Positions 8,264 through 18,542 of a stretch of 64,000 nt of DNA are shown here, piece after piece. Source of the DNA: Gammaproteobacteria bacterium (GTDB lineage Bacteria > Pseudomonadota > Gammaproteobacteria > UBA6429 > Thiohalophilaceae); the NCBI GenBank assembly GCA_037384645.1, contig JARRNT010000001.1, positions 27,616 to 91,615 on the forward strand, given 5' to 3'. How positions within the stretch are numbered: the first letter of the stretch is position 1; every line of letters begins with the position of its first letter. The notes beneath the pieces were generated by a model. It had not been told where the DNA came from and made no database searches. It saw only the letters and a list, made by a program, of their open reading frames with translations. A program made the position numbers and the translations under genes.

Positions 8264-9256
8264 ATGTTGCTGTGCTGCCTGGTCCCACTGCAGGCCCAGG
8301 CCCAGCCGGCGCCAGCGGCAGCAACCACGGAGACCGACACCAATACCGATGGTGCTGCCCACCCGTCGCCGGAGCAAGACGCCAGCCAGCCGGCAGCGGA
8401 TTTCTTTTCCTTCCTCGATGCCCCGCAGCAATCCATCTCCTCCGGCATAGAAAGCGTCGTGCGCTCGGTGGATACTTTCTTCTCCAACGAACCGGCGAAT
8501 TACCCGTCCAGTGGCAGTTATGTGCGCTACACCGTGCAATCATTGTTCGAAGAGGGAGGCCGTACGACCACTGTCGGTAACCTCGACATCAGCCTGCGCC
8601 TGCCCCGCACAGAAAAGAAACTGCGCCTGATCGTGGAAAGCGACCCGGTCGAAAAACAGACCAACCTGGAACGTGCGACCACCGGCACGACACAGGACAG
8701 CCAGAACAATCTGTATGCCGGCCTGCAGAGTGAGCTTGGCAAGCAAAACAAATGGCAATTTAAACCTTCGCTTGGACTCAGGTTGCGTTCACCGATTGAC
8801 TATTACTTAAGGTTGCGTGCCTTTCGTAATTTCAATTTTAACAAGTGGAATTTGCAACTCACCGAATCTGCTTACTGGTTTCACTCTACCGGCAGCGGGT
8901 TCGACTCGCAAATGCAATGGAACCGCTTACTCAGTAAGAACCTGCTGTTTCGTGCCAATAGCCTGGTCCGTCACACCCAGGAATACAAACGTTTTGACCT
9001 GAGCCAGATCTTTTACCTGATACACAGCTTCAGTGATCGACGCGCTATCACTTATTCAATCGGCTTTTTTGGCAATAGCGAACCCCAGCTTCATGCCACG
9101 GATTACATTTTACAGGCTCGGTATCGCCAGATTATTCATAGCGATTATTTGTTTATGGAACTGGTCCCCCAGATACGCTATCGCATCGATTATGCCTTTA
9201 CCGAGGAAGATTCCTTTATGCTGCGATTCGAGTGGTTGTTCAAATCCAACCACTGA
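8264..9256 (+). CDS. putative secreted / outer-membrane beta-barrel-like protein
   Basis: Signal-like 'MLLCCLVPLQAQAQP' followed by a low-complexity region. The C-terminal half has alternating aromatic/polar strands ('YYLRLRAFRNFNF', 'MLRFEWLF'). The start is uncertain, and the 447-aa track ORF overlaps the TetR gene. Confidence 0.5.
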   Translation: MLLCCLVPLQAQAQPAPAAATTETDTNTDGAAHPSPEQDASQPAADFFSFLDAPQQSISSGIESVVRSVDTFFSNEPANYPSSGSYVRYTVQSLFEEGGRTTTVGNLDISLRLPRTEKKLRLIVESDPVEKQTNLERATTGTTQDSQNNLYAGLQSELGKQNKWQFKPSLGLRLRSPIDYYLRLRAFRNFNFNKWNLQLTESAYWFHSTGSGFDSQMQWNRLLSKNLLFRANSLVRHTQEYKRFDLSQIFYLIHSFSDRRAITYSIGFFGNSEPQLHATDYILQARYRQIIHSDYLFMELVPQIRYRIDYAFTEEDSFMLRFEWLFKSNH

Positions 9257-9267
9257 AACCCAAACCA

Positions 9268-9663
9268 CTACTGGCGCCTTTGACGCAACTCGTGTAACAG
9301 TTGCTGACCTTGTTCCGGGCTGGCCTTTTGCCAGCGCTCCCGGAGTCGACTTCGCTGCTCAGGTGAAAGCCGTTGCCAGTGCTGGCGCAATTGCTGTCGC
9401 TGCTCCGGTGTTAAAGTCTGCCAGCGTTTGAACCGTGTACGGGCAAGGGCGCGCTGCTCGGGACTCATATGCTGCCAGCGCCTGGCGCCCTCGCGCAGCC
9501 GTTGCTGGCGTTGTGGCGGAAGTGTTGCCCACTTGTCCTTCACCGGGGCCAGAAGCTTTTGTTCGCTGGCTGAAAGGGTGTCCCAGCGGATGGGTGCCTC
9601 GGCCCGGGCGTACGGCGCGACAAGCAGGACCAGCAACACAATCGAGAAAAGGTATTTACTCAT
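9268..9663 (-). CDS. DUF3106-like periplasmic repeat protein
   Basis: Signal peptide 'LLVLLVAPYARAEA', then a reiterated 'W(Q)..(L/M)SPEQR' unit about 5 times. Confidence 0.7.
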   Translation of the reverse strand: MSKYLFSIVLLVLLVAPYARAEAPIRWDTLSASEQKLLAPVKDKWATLPPQRQQRLREGARRWQHMSPEQRALARTRFKRWQTLTPEQRQQLRQHWQRLSPEQRSRLRERWQKASPEQGQQLLHELRQRRQ

Positions 9664-9915
9664 GTTTGTGCCGCCCGCTTGCCGGACTTGTCCGTAGACT
9701 GCGTGGTGAATTGAGTCTTTTGCTTTCCTCTGGCCGCCACATCCTGCCCTGTCTGCATACTCATGGGATCGACAACTTCATTCCCTACCTTGATACCTTC
9801 GCCAAGAAACTCGAGCAAGGTCGTGCCGACCAAGCACGCTACCGGCTGCCAGTGCCGGCATACTCACCAGGCTACCCAGCATGAGGGTCAAAAGGGTAAA
9901 AGTCTTGGTTTTCAT
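9660..9915 (-). pseudogene. small secreted-protein gene split across two frames (signal peptide in one frame, body in another)
   Basis: The frame starting at 9915 encodes 'MKTKTFTLLTLMLGSLVSMPALAAGSVLG...' and stops at 9780-9778. A second frame encodes 'GTTLLEFLGEGIKVGNEVVDPMSMQTGQDV...KRAAQT' and ends in a TGA that overlaps the DUF3106 ATG (ATGA). Confidence 0.3.
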
Positions 9916-10060
9916 GTTATCAATATCCTGCGTTGAAGTGACTTGGATTTTTGTTGCTTACCAGTACTAACGCAGCAGCGGCGGGACGGTTGACACGCAA
10001 CCATAAGAAATTCGGACGCATTCCAGGGCGGGCGCCTGACATAGGAAAAATCCCGTCCGA

Positions 10061-10088
10061 CACAACATCCCGGCTAGCCGGGGTTGTG
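10061..10088 (-). terminator. possible terminator hairpin downstream of the cold-shock gene
   Basis: CACAACATCCCGGCTAGCCGGGGTTGTG is an imperfect palindrome about 45 nt after the csp stop. A T-run on the minus strand lies about 10 nt beyond it. Confidence 0.35.
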
Positions 10089-10131
10089 CCTCAAAGACGG
10101 GGATTGAAGTTCAGACTGTTGTTGTGATTCT

Positions 10132-10335
10132 TCAGTTAGGAACGACGTTCGTCGCTTGCAGGCCCTTGGGGCCCTGCTCGACCTCATAGGAAACGTTTTG
10201 CCCTTCATTCAGCGTACGATAACCGTCTGCCTTGATTGCACTGAAATGAACGAAGACATCGTCTCCGCCTTCATTCGGTGCGATAAAGCCATACCCCTTA
10301 GAATTATTGAACCATTTGACTGTGCCTGTGGCCAT
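10132..10335 (-). CDS. cold-shock protein, CspA family
   Basis: '[34 protein letters not shown]' carries the RNP1/RNP2 motifs. There is a long upstream leader, as is typical for csp genes. Confidence 0.95.
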   Translation of the reverse strand: MATGTVKWFNNSKGYGFIAPNEGGDDVFVHFSAIKADGYRTLNEGQNVSYEVEQGPKGLQATNVVPN

Positions 10336-10500
10336 ATTGATATACCTCAACTTGCAAATTCACTTTCAATTCCTGCATGCATCCTCCACTCACTCCCCAT
10401 GCAGTTATCAATAAGTATACCCATCGGACATGAACCTGCCTACGGATCAAATCCGCAAAAGCTGGCATTCAATTTATTCAGAATATGCTGATAGACTAAA

Positions 10501-10521
10501 GCCCGGTAAAAAATACCGGGC
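10501..10521 (-). terminator. stem-loop 20 nt downstream of the htpX stop
   Basis: GCCCGGT-aaaaaat-ACCGGGC. On the minus strand it is followed by TTTAG, which is a short U-tract. Confidence 0.45.
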
Positions 10522-10540
10522 TTAGCAAGTGAGGAATTCC

Positions 10541-11419
10541 CTACTGAGCCGCGCGCAAGGCTGCAATACGCTCTTCCAGCGGCGGGTGGGACAGGAACAA
10601 CCGTTTGAGACCGTGCCCCATACCACCGGCAATGCCGAAGGCGGCCAACTGATCCTGTAAATGCGGTTGTTGGGCAGTTTGTTGCAAACGCTGGAGCGCA
10701 GCGATCATCTTCTGGCGACCAGCCAGCCGGGCACCGCCGGCATCGGCACGGAATTCCCGCTGGCGACTGAACCACATCACGATGATCGAGGCCAGGACAC
10801 CCAGTACAAGCTCAGCAATAATGGTAGTGACCCAGAAGGCAATGCCATAACCACGATCGTTTTTGAACACCACCTTGTCTACCGTGTGGCCAATGACCCG
10901 CGCGAAGAAAATGACAAAGGTGTTTACCACCCCCTGGATGAGCGTCAGGGTCACCATGTCGCCATTGGCCACGTGGGTAATTTCATGGCCCAGCACTGCT
11001 TCGGCCTCATCCCGGTTCATGGAACGCAGCAGACCGGTACTGACCGCGACCAGCGCTTTGTTGCGGCTGGCACCGGTGGCAAAGGCATTGATGTCCGGCG
11101 CGTCATAGATGGCGACCTCCGGCATGCCAATGCCGGCGGCCTGGGCCTGGCGTCGCACGGTCTCCAGCAACCACTGTTCAGTGGCGTTACCCGGTCGGGT
11201 AATCACCCTGGCCCCGGTCATGCGCTTGGCCGACCACCTGGAAATCAACAGGGAAATGAATGCGCCGCCGAAACCAAAAATGGCGGCGAACACCAGCAAT
11301 CCATTGGAGATAATGCTCTGCTGCTGGAGGAAGGAATCGAGCCCCAGCAAGGGCAGGGTAATACTGAGTACCAGCACGATGGCCAGGTTGGTCAGGATAA
11401 ACAACACGACGCGCTTCAT
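10541..11419 (-). CDS. htpX: zinc metalloprotease HtpX
   Basis: Collinear with E. coli HtpX throughout, including '[15 protein letters not shown]', '[12 protein letters not shown]' (HExxH) and '[15 protein letters not shown]'. Confidence 0.95.
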   Translation of the reverse strand: MKRVVLFILTNLAIVLVLSITLPLLGLDSFLQQQSIISNGLLVFAAIFGFGGAFISLLISRWSAKRMTGARVITRPGNATEQWLLETVRRQAQAAGIGMPEVAIYDAPDINAFATGASRNKALVAVSTGLLRSMNRDEAEAVLGHEITHVANGDMVTLTLIQGVVNTFVIFFARVIGHTVDKVVFKNDRGYGIAFWVTTIIAELVLGVLASIIVMWFSRQREFRADAGGARLAGRQKMIAALQRLQQTAQQPHLQDQLAAFGIAGGMGHGLKRLFLSHPPLEERIAALRAAQ

Positions 11420-11428
11420 ACAGTACCT

Positions 11429-12181
11429 CTAATTTGGCAAATTTTCTTCCAGGAACCTCGTGTAATTCTCGGCGCTTACAATCTGGGTACCGTCGCAGTT
11501 AAACTGAATGCGCACTATCGACTGTACGATGTTGATCGTAATGTTCCGCAAATAGTACATGGGCATATCACGCAGTGCTTTCAAGGTGGAGATAACGGTT
11601 TTGATTTCCGCCGGTTCCATGGGTTCCCAGGCCTTGCTGCGCCTGGCCATGAAATTCTTCCAGTAAGCCGGGAGCTGCTGGTAAACCGGGTGATCCCGCA
11701 GGCCGCTATAGGTTTCCCGGATCAGGCAAATCTTGTCTGTGTAACTGACTGCCGGAAACTGACGCTCGATGTAACCGGATTCGATCATTTTTTCCACGTC
11801 ATGTATTTCCTGGCGCATGGGATCAAACACCGAGTGCGTACGTATCTCGCCGTTGTTAAATCCCACGAACAACTGGAAGGGAGAGCGATTCAGCATCAGA
11901 TCCTCAAGCCTGGGTATCAGGGTATCCAGATGGGTATCGACGCTGGACATATAACGTTTGCGCTCGAGCGTGGTTTCACGCATAGAAGGATCGCCACGAA
12001 TACCGATTTGCAGGCTGGAGGCATTGATCCCCGCTGCGCTAACGATACTCTCCCTGAGCACCTGCTCTTCCAGTTCCATTTCCTGTTCAGCCATGGTGAT
12101 TCCCGAAGACGTCATTACACCGCCCATTGCGGCGCGGCGTATTTTAGCAAGACTAAGTTGAAAATCTGTGAATACAGACAA
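11429..12181 (-). CDS. hypothetical protein (250 aa or shorter), between ygiQ and htpX
   Basis: Long ORF with no signal peptide or recognised motif. It ends 9 nt before htpX and starts 12 nt after ygiQ. Alternative start 'MAEQEMELEE' at 12094. Confidence 0.55.
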   Translation of the reverse strand: MSVFTDFQLSLAKIRRAAMGGVMTSSGITMAEQEMELEEQVLRESIVSAAGINASSLQIGIRGDPSMRETTLERKRYMSSVDTHLDTLIPRLEDLMLNRSPFQLFVGFNNGEIRTHSVFDPMRQEIHDVEKMIESGYIERQFPAVSYTDKICLIRETYSGLRDHPVYQQLPAYWKNFMARRSKAWEPMEPAEIKTVISTLKALRDMPMYYLRNITINIVQSIVRIQFNCDGTQIVSAENYTRFLEENLPN

Positions 12182-12193
12182 AGACGGGATAGT

Positions 12194-14353
12194 CTAATGC
12201 TGGCGACCCTTGCTCCGGTCGGTCGTCCTGGTCTTAGCTCTGGGTGATTTCGGTGTTTTCGGCAGGCCTGTGTGCTGGGTCAGGAAGGCTTTCCCATGTG
12301 GACGCCGGCGACGCCCTTCACTCGCATCACCCGTGCCCCTGGGCTGCCAGTTAGGCACCAGGTGGCGTTTACCGTTACCAATCAGATCTGCCCGTCCCAT
12401 ACGCTGCAGGGCCTTGCGTAACATTGGCCAGTTGTCCGGGTCATGATAACGCAGGAAGGCCTTGTGCAGGCGGCGCTGACGCAGGCCTTTGGCGGCGCTA
12501 ACGTGTTCACTGTGGCGACTTACCTTGTGCAGGGGATTTCTGCCGCTGTGGTACATGGCCGTGGCCAGGGCCATGGGCGACGGTAAAAAGGTCTGCACCT
12601 GGTCGGCACGAAAGCCGTTACGTTTAAGCCATAACGCCAGGTTCAGCATGTCCTCATCACTGGTACCGGGGTGTGCCGCAATAAAATACGGGATCAGGTA
12701 TTGTTCCTTGCCCGCCTCCCGCGAGTAACGATCGAACAATTGTTTAAACCGATCATAGCTTCCCATGCCGGGTTTCATCATTTTCGACAGGGGCCCGGTC
12801 TCGGTATGCTCCGGCGCGATCTTGAGATAACCGCCGACGTGGTGGGTTACCAGTTCCTTGACGTATTCCGGCGACTCTACTGCCAAATCGTAACGCAGGC
12901 CGGAACTGATCAGGATCTTCTTGATACCGGGCAGGGCCCGCGCACGTCGATAGAGTTTAATCAGCGACGCATGGTTGGTATTGAGGTTGGGACAAATGCC
13001 CGGATAGACGCAGGACAAACGGCGACAGGCCGATTCGATTTTCGGATCCTTGCAGGCCAGGCGATACATGTTGGCCGTGGGTCCGCCAAGGTCCGAGATC
13101 ACACCGGTAAAGCCGGGAACCGAATCGCGGATGGTCTCAACTTCACGGATAATGGAATCTTCCGAACGGCTCTGGATAATGCGACCCTCGTGCTCGGTGA
13201 TGGAACAAAAGGTACAGCCCCCGAAACAACCGCGCATGATATTCACGGAAAACCGGATCATTTCGTACGCGGGAATGTTACGTTCGCCATAGTGCGGGTG
13301 TGGCCGCCGGGTATAAGGTAACTCGAAGACACGGTCCAGTTCGTGGGTCGCCAGGGGAATCGGCGGTGGATTGATCCAGATATCGCGCTCACCGTGACGC
13401 TGCACGATTACCCGGGCATTGCCGGGATTGGTTTCCAGGTGAAAGACCCGTGAGGCATGCGCATATAACACCGGGTCATCGCGTACCGTTTCGTAGGATG
13501 GCAGGCGCACGGCTGTCTTGTCACGATCGTGCTTGACCACGCGCGGAACAAACTGTACCGGCGTCGCCTGCCCCTGTGAGTTTTTGCAATTGTTATCCTG
13601 CATTGCGTACGGATCCGGCTGTGGCTGCAACGGTCCCGGGCGATCGAGATGAGAGGAGTCCAGCTCGCGCCAGCCCTCGGGCAGGTCATTACGAATCAAT
13701 GCCGTCCCGCGCACATCGCGAATCCGGCGGATATTCTCACCGGCCGCCAGTCGATGGGCGATCTCGACGACCTGCCGTTCTCCGTTACCATAAACCAGCA
13801 GGTCGGCCTTGCTGTCCAGCAGGACCGAGCGTCTGACCTTGTCAGACCAATAATCATAGTGGGCAATGCGGCGCAGGCTGGCCTCAATACCGCCGATGAT
13901 AATGGGCACATCCCTGAAGGTTTCGCGGCAACGCTGGGCATAGACGTTAACGGAATGATCCGGTCGCTTGCCGCCCTCGCCATCAGGGGTGTAGGCGTCA
14001 TTACTACGGATTTTGCGGTCGGAGGTATAGCGGTTGACCATGGAATCCATGTTGCCCGCCGTAACCCCAAAGAACAGGTTGGGTCTGCCCAGCCGGGCGA
14101 AGTCCTGCGTATCACGCCAGTCCGGCTGGGCGATGATGCCGACACGAAATCCCTGGGCCTCCAGCACCCGGCCGATTACGGCCATGCCAAAACTTGGATG
14201 ATCGACATAGGCATCACCGGTCACCAGGATGATGTCACAGCTGTCCCAGCGCAGATCCGCCATTTCCTCACGGGTCATGGGTAAGTACGGTGCCGGGCAG
14301 AATTTGCCGGCCCAGTACTGGCGATAGGAAAAGATGTCAGGAGCAACTTGCAT
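12194..14353 (-). CDS. ygiQ: YgiQ-family radical SAM protein (UPF0313)
   Basis: '[44 protein letters not shown]' is near-identical to E. coli YgiQ. Radical-SAM cluster motif 'CFGGCTFCS' is present. The start is placed at 14353 (or 14374). The 831-aa track ORF has a spurious N-terminal extension. Confidence 0.9.
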   Translation of the reverse strand: MQVAPDIFSYRQYWAGKFCPAPYLPMTREEMADLRWDSCDIILVTGDAYVDHPSFGMAVIGRVLEAQGFRVGIIAQPDWRDTQDFARLGRPNLFFGVTAGNMDSMVNRYTSDRKIRSNDAYTPDGEGGKRPDHSVNVYAQRCRETFRDVPIIIGGIEASLRRIAHYDYWSDKVRRSVLLDSKADLLVYGNGERQVVEIAHRLAAGENIRRIRDVRGTALIRNDLPEGWRELDSSHLDRPGPLQPQPDPYAMQDNNCKNSQGQATPVQFVPRVVKHDRDKTAVRLPSYETVRDDPVLYAHASRVFHLETNPGNARVIVQRHGERDIWINPPPIPLATHELDRVFELPYTRRPHPHYGERNIPAYEMIRFSVNIMRGCFGGCTFCSITEHEGRIIQSRSEDSIIREVETIRDSVPGFTGVISDLGGPTANMYRLACKDPKIESACRRLSCVYPGICPNLNTNHASLIKLYRRARALPGIKKILISSGLRYDLAVESPEYVKELVTHHVGGYLKIAPEHTETGPLSKMMKPGMGSYDRFKQLFDRYSREAGKEQYLIPYFIAAHPGTSDEDMLNLALWLKRNGFRADQVQTFLPSPMALATAMYHSGRNPLHKVSRHSEHVSAAKGLRQRRLHKAFLRYHDPDNWPMLRKALQRMGRADLIGNGKRHLVPNWQPRGTGDASEGRRRRPHGKAFLTQHTGLPKTPKSPRAKTRTTDRSKGRQH

Positions 14354-14513
14354 GTCGATAGGGCCTGGGCGCATAGACCGGCGATTGCCGGACCGGGTTG
14401 ATTCGCCGCAAAGTATAACACAGCCGCCATGACAGCGCGTACGGGGTGCGTTGCACGGCTGGCTTGCGTATAATCCGTCGCGTTTTGTACCAGCCAACCC
14501 GAACCTCACCTGT

Positions 14514-14861
14514 ATGCCGACGATATACCCCCTCCAGTTGCAGGACTTCGAAGAGCGTGTCCTCACGGCTTCTGAACAGCGTATTGTGCTCGTCGACTTC
14601 TGGGCGGAATGGTGCCCTCCCTGTCTGGTCATTGCCCCGCTACTCGAACAGGTTGTGCAGGAACATGACGGCCGGGTCGTGCTGGCCAAACTGGAAGTCG
14701 ATGACGGGGAAAATATGAAACTGGCCGGCCGCTACCAGGTCCGTGGATTTCCGACCATCATCCTGTTTCACCAGGGCGAGGAAAAGGCCCGTTTCAGCGG
14801 TGCCAAACCCAGGGCCTACATCGAAGAGTTTATCGCGCCCTGGCTGGACCCGGTCACCTGA
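14514..14861 (+). CDS. thioredoxin (WCPPC active site)
   Basis: '[18 protein letters not shown]...[10 protein letters not shown]' shows the thioredoxin fold with a Pro in place of the usual Gly in WCGPC. Confidence 0.85.
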   Translation: MPTIYPLQLQDFEERVLTASEQRIVLVDFWAEWCPPCLVIAPLLEQVVQEHDGRVVLAKLEVDDGENMKLAGRYQVRGFPTIILFHQGEEKARFSGAKPRAYIEEFIAPWLDPVT

Positions 14862-14916
14862 GCGGCAGGTCGTTCATCGCGCCAGTCACCTGGCCAGGGT
14901 CAGTGCAGTGACAGGC

Positions 14917-15075
14917 TCAGTCTGCAAATCCGAAGTACGCCAGCAAACCGGGAACCAATAACCACAATAGCCCCTTCACCAGGAAAAATATAAACCCGGC
15001 AATCCCCAGACGCTTTAACCAGGGACAGCTCAGGCTAAAACGTTTGCTTTTTACCGAAGTAGGTTTGGATTGCAT
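14917..15075 (-). CDS. possible small membrane protein (52 aa)
   Basis: Not in the ORF track because it is under 60 aa. 'MQSKPTSVKSKRFSLSCPWLKRLGIAGFIFFLVKGLLWLLVPGLLAYFGFAD' has a basic N-terminus and one TM helix. A GGAG lies about 9 nt upstream. Confidence 0.35.
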   Translation of the reverse strand: MQSKPTSVKSKRFSLSCPWLKRLGIAGFIFFLVKGLLWLLVPGLLAYFGFAD

Positions 15076-15163
15076 GCTGGTACTCCAGTCGTGACTGCAT
15101 CACTTATCGGCGAGCAGACACGAAGATTTAATGATTTACCGCCTGTACTAATGTCCCTGTGCT

Positions 15164-15493
15164 TCAGACCAGGGCACGGAAATATGGCCACCAGTAGGCA
15201 AAAAACAAAACCGCCACCACCAGGTTGGTTAGCAGGATGATACGATAGCTAAACTTGCGCTCGGCCGGCATGGAACTCATGTAAACCAGTGTCATGATCG
15301 CATCCAGTAAAAGCAACATGAACAGGATAGGCGCCAGTGCCGTGATCATCATCGAAATCATGGCGGTACTGGTTTCATACATCGGCGTGGTACCGGGCAT
15401 GGGCCTGGCGATCATATCAACCACAACAAATGTCATCAGGGAAAGACGCAGAAATCCAAACGTCTGTACAATTGAATTGAGTGTCTTTTTCAT
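15164..15493 (-). CDS. hypothetical integral membrane protein (109 aa, Met-rich)
   Basis: 3-4 hydrophobic helices. It starts 6 nt after the upstream ORF stop. Confidence 0.5.
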   Translation of the reverse strand: MKKTLNSIVQTFGFLRLSLMTFVVVDMIARPMPGTTPMYETSTAMISMMITALAPILFMLLLLDAIMTLVYMSSMPAERKFSYRIILLTNLVVAVLFFAYWWPYFRALV

Positions 15494-15499
15494 ATGTGC

Positions 15500-15895
15500 T
15501 CAGTGCTTCTGCTTGTTGGAGATACCGGGATCGAAGTTCACCATGACCTGGTTTTCCGGTTCCTGCTCAAAAACCAGGTCGAGCATAAAGTCTTCGCCCT
15601 GCTGGACGACCTTGACCTGCTTGAGTTCCGGCAAGCGGCTGGCGAGATAGGCGCAGCCTGCCGCAATCATGGCATCGTGTTCGTCCATCAGGGCCTGGGC
15701 CAGGTGCATAGCGACAAACTTGGCGCGCTGTACGCTATCGGGTTCCGCGATATTTTCGCCAGCGAGATCAATTCCCGCATCCATATCACTGTCCATCTTG
15801 TCGAGGTACTGACGTTGGTGTCCGGGCAGACGGACCTTTCGGTCATATTCAATCACGGGGTCACCATTAAAAAGGATTATAAGCTTATCGTCCAT
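15500..15895 (-). CDS. hypothetical acidic protein (131 aa)
   Basis: ATG ORF 'MDDKLIILFNGDPVIEYDRK...' downstream of the GGDEF-EAL gene on the same strand. Confidence 0.5.
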   Translation of the reverse strand: MDDKLIILFNGDPVIEYDRKVRLPGHQRQYLDKMDSDMDAGIDLAGENIAEPDSVQRAKFVAMHLAQALMDEHDAMIAAGCAYLASRLPELKQVKVVQQGEDFMLDLVFEQEPENQVMVNFDPGISNKQKH

Positions 15896-15972
15896 TCCAG
15901 GTATTCCAGTTCGGAGAAATCAGGCAGGACGCTACTATAACCAAGTATTCGGGCAAACTAAATGCCCCGGCA

Positions 15973-18534
15973 TCAGCCGATAATTTTTTCGACCTTGTAG
16001 GTTGCCAGATATTGCGCAAATTCGGCCAGGGCCAGCGGATGGCTGATGTAGTAGCCCTGAGCATAATCACAATCCCAGGTCCGTAACCAGCTCCAGGTCT
16101 GGTCGTTTTCCACACCCTCGGCAACGGTTTGCAGACCGAGGTTATGTGCCAGCTCAATAATGGAATGCACGATAGCCGCATCGTTCTCGTCTTTCATCAT
16201 GTCAATGACGAAGGATTTGTCCACCTTGAGCATGGACACGGGTAACTGCTTGAGATAGACCAGTGAAGAGAAACCGGTCCCGAAATCATCTATGACGACC
16301 TGCACGCCCATATTATCGAGCTGGATCAGAACCTCGCGCGCGCGTTCCGGTTCCGCCATCATCACCCGTTCTGTGATTTCCAGCGTCAGGTACTCTGCCG
16401 GCAGGCCCCATTTTTCCAGCTTCTGGGTGATGTTGAGTCCGATATTTGGATCCTGGATATCCCAGACTGAGAGGTTCACCGAAATGTTGATCAGATATCC
16501 CTGCTGATGCAAATGCTGGCAATCCCGAATGGCCGTGTCCAGTACCCAGTTCGACAGGCGCTTGATCAAACCGGTCTGTTCAGCCACGTTGATAAAATCA
16601 TCCGGCATCATCAGGCCGCGCCTGGGATGTTTCCAGCGCAACAGCGCCTCGGCGCCATTGATACTGTTATCACGCATGGCCAGCTTGGGTTGATACTGCA
16701 ATATAAATTCCTCGTTCTCAACAGCGCCACGCAGATCTGTCAATACCGACAAATGGGATACGCTGTGCTTGTCCCGCTCGACATCGTACAGGGTAATGCC
16801 GCTATTACCACGTTTTGCAATGTACATTGCAACATCAGCGTGTTGCAGCAGGCTCTCGGATGATTCACCGTGCTGCGGAAACACCGCAACCCCGATACTG
16901 ACGCCGACATAAAGTGAATGCTCGTAGACTTCATAAACCTGTTCCAGGCGCTCATGGATTGCTGCAGCGATACGCAGGGCATTGGTATCGCTGATGTTTG
17001 GCAACAGTACCGCGAACTCGTCTCCACCGAGGCGGGCCACGGTATCGGAGTCGCGTAACACGTTGCGTAAACGTTCACCTACCTGTTGCAATAGCGCATC
17101 CCCGGTTTGATGGCCGAGTGTATCGTTGATTTCCTTAAAGCGATTCAGGTCCAGCATGAGTAATGCCAGAGAAATTTTTTGGCGTTGTGCAACAGTAATT
17201 GACTGGTTCAGGCGATCCATCAACAAGGCGCGATTCGGCAGAGATGTGAGTGAATCGTGCAAGGCGATATGTTCCAGCGCCATTTGTCGTGAATGGACCT
17301 GCTGACGCAGTTCGCGGAAGGCATCAGTCAGATCACGTATCTCAACCGCCTGTACATCGGGCAGATCCATGACATCCAGCCCCTTGGCTTCCGCCTTTAA
17401 GCTTCGTGCCACCTTGGCAATTGGCCGGATAAAATTTAACTCGAGAATAATATAACTGAGCACACCAATAACCAGCACAAACAAAGCCATACCCCTTTGC
17501 GAACTGATAATGGCACCTGAAACCCTGGCCTGATCAACCACATCTCTGTCTGATGATTGCTTTAATCGATTATCCAGCAAATCAAGTTTGTCATAGACTG
17601 AGCTGAACAGAGGATTGATCTGGTTTTTGACCAGGGGGATGTCAGCACGCCACTGCCCCTGGTTATACATAGTGACGACTTTTTTGAAATTGGCGTACCA
17701 GGCTGGCCCGCTCTCCTGTATGCTTTCAATCGCTGCTTTCACTTCCAGATCCAGCGAATACCGACTGACATCTTTTTTCAGTCTGTCGAGCAATTTTCTT
17801 ACTTCGGCATAATACATTTCGACATTACTGAGTTGCTGCTTCGTTGCAGCCTCAAACAGACCGCCAGTTCGATTGATGATAAACACGCGATAGGCATTGA
17901 TCATTCGCTGCCATTTATCACGTATGTTAATTAGCAGCTCCTCTAGCTGATGTTGTTGCCCGTTTAAATATTTAGCCTGATTATAAAATCGGATAGCCAG
18001 GTCAATCTGGACGACAAAATTGCGATTTAAACCCAGCATATCCCCATTGGCGAAACGCAGTGCGGGATACAACAGATTGGCGTCCTGGCGCACATGCATG
18101 GCCCGGCCAGAGATCATCTTGACCTTCTCCAGGATGCCGGAAAGTTCCTGCATTCTGGGTAACATGCCACTCTCACGAAGCCAGCGGGTTCGCAGCAATT
18201 GCGCCATGAGCGACTGGGCATGTTCGATTTCCGCATTAAACTGGTTGCGAGAAGCCGGCGACGGTGCCAACAGGAACAGATTCAGGGCATTGTCTGCATT
18301 GATAAAGGCCCGCCGCAACTTGTGGGCGAGCACCGCGACATCAATACGTTTTTCTATCTGCTGGACACTGGCCTGGCCTGTTCGCTGTACCCAGATACCG
18401 CTGTACCAGGTATACGACAAGACCACGATCGCCATGAAGATGGCGATCAGCAGATATTGTTTACGTATACTTTTTTTATTTATAAAATTTATTAATGATG
18501 CCATAAGTCTCATGTCGGACTGAGGTACAGTCAC
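15973..18534 (-). CDS. membrane sensor GGDEF-EAL protein (helical periplasmic domain, HAMP, diguanylate cyclase, phosphodiesterase)
   Basis: Two TM segments flank an approximately 300-aa helical domain. The I-site and GGDEF motif are 'RDSDTVARLGGDEF'. EAL motifs are 'GAEALLRW', 'LEITER', 'DDFGTGFSSL' and 'KVDKSF'. Confidence 0.9.
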   Translation of the reverse strand: MTVPQSDMRLMASLINFINKKSIRKQYLLIAIFMAIVVLSYTWYSGIWVQRTGQASVQQIEKRIDVAVLAHKLRRAFINADNALNLFLLAPSPASRNQFNAEIEHAQSLMAQLLRTRWLRESGMLPRMQELSGILEKVKMISGRAMHVRQDANLLYPALRFANGDMLGLNRNFVVQIDLAIRFYNQAKYLNGQQHQLEELLINIRDKWQRMINAYRVFIINRTGGLFEAATKQQLSNVEMYYAEVRKLLDRLKKDVSRYSLDLEVKAAIESIQESGPAWYANFKKVVTMYNQGQWRADIPLVKNQINPLFSSVYDKLDLLDNRLKQSSDRDVVDQARVSGAIISSQRGMALFVLVIGVLSYIILELNFIRPIAKVARSLKAEAKGLDVMDLPDVQAVEIRDLTDAFRELRQQVHSRQMALEHIALHDSLTSLPNRALLMDRLNQSITVAQRQKISLALLMLDLNRFKEINDTLGHQTGDALLQQVGERLRNVLRDSDTVARLGGDEFAVLLPNISDTNALRIAAAIHERLEQVYEVYEHSLYVGVSIGVAVFPQHGESSESLLQHADVAMYIAKRGNSGITLYDVERDKHSVSHLSVLTDLRGAVENEEFILQYQPKLAMRDNSINGAEALLRWKHPRRGLMMPDDFINVAEQTGLIKRLSNWVLDTAIRDCQHLHQQGYLINISVNLSVWDIQDPNIGLNITQKLEKWGLPAEYLTLEITERVMMAEPERAREVLIQLDNMGVQVVIDDFGTGFSSLVYLKQLPVSMLKVDKSFVIDMMKDENDAAIVHSIIELAHNLGLQTVAEGVENDQTWSWLRTWDCDYAQGYYISHPLALAEFAQYLATYKVEKIIG

Positions 18535-18542
18535 ATGTAACT

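Noticed and set aside
8110-8758. Pile-up of six overlapping ORFs (60-125 aa) on both strands
   Set aside because: They result from a GC-rich, low-complexity stretch encoding the Ala/Pro/Gln-rich N-terminal region of the 8264-9256 gene. None has features of its own.
10661-12247. 528-aa plus-strand ORF spanning htpX and the upstream unknown gene
   Set aside because: It runs antisense to the unmistakable htpX gene. Its composition is Gly/His/Gln-rich with no motif. It is a typical shadow ORF on the opposite strand of real genes.
13649-14284. 211-aa plus-strand ORF, together with other ORFs at 12210-13836
   Set aside because: These all lie inside and antisense to, or out of frame with, the YgiQ radical-SAM gene, which matches E. 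coli YgiQ along its length.
14354-14689. 112-codon N-terminal extension of the YgiQ ORF. The same pattern occurs as upstream extensions of ilvD (60952-61173), the Fe-ADH gene (21509-21673), msrA (38239-38382) and the NUDIX gene (55591-55743).
   Set aside because: Homologue N-termini and RBS positions support the internal starts. The extensions are Cys/Ser/Arg-rich and not protein-like.
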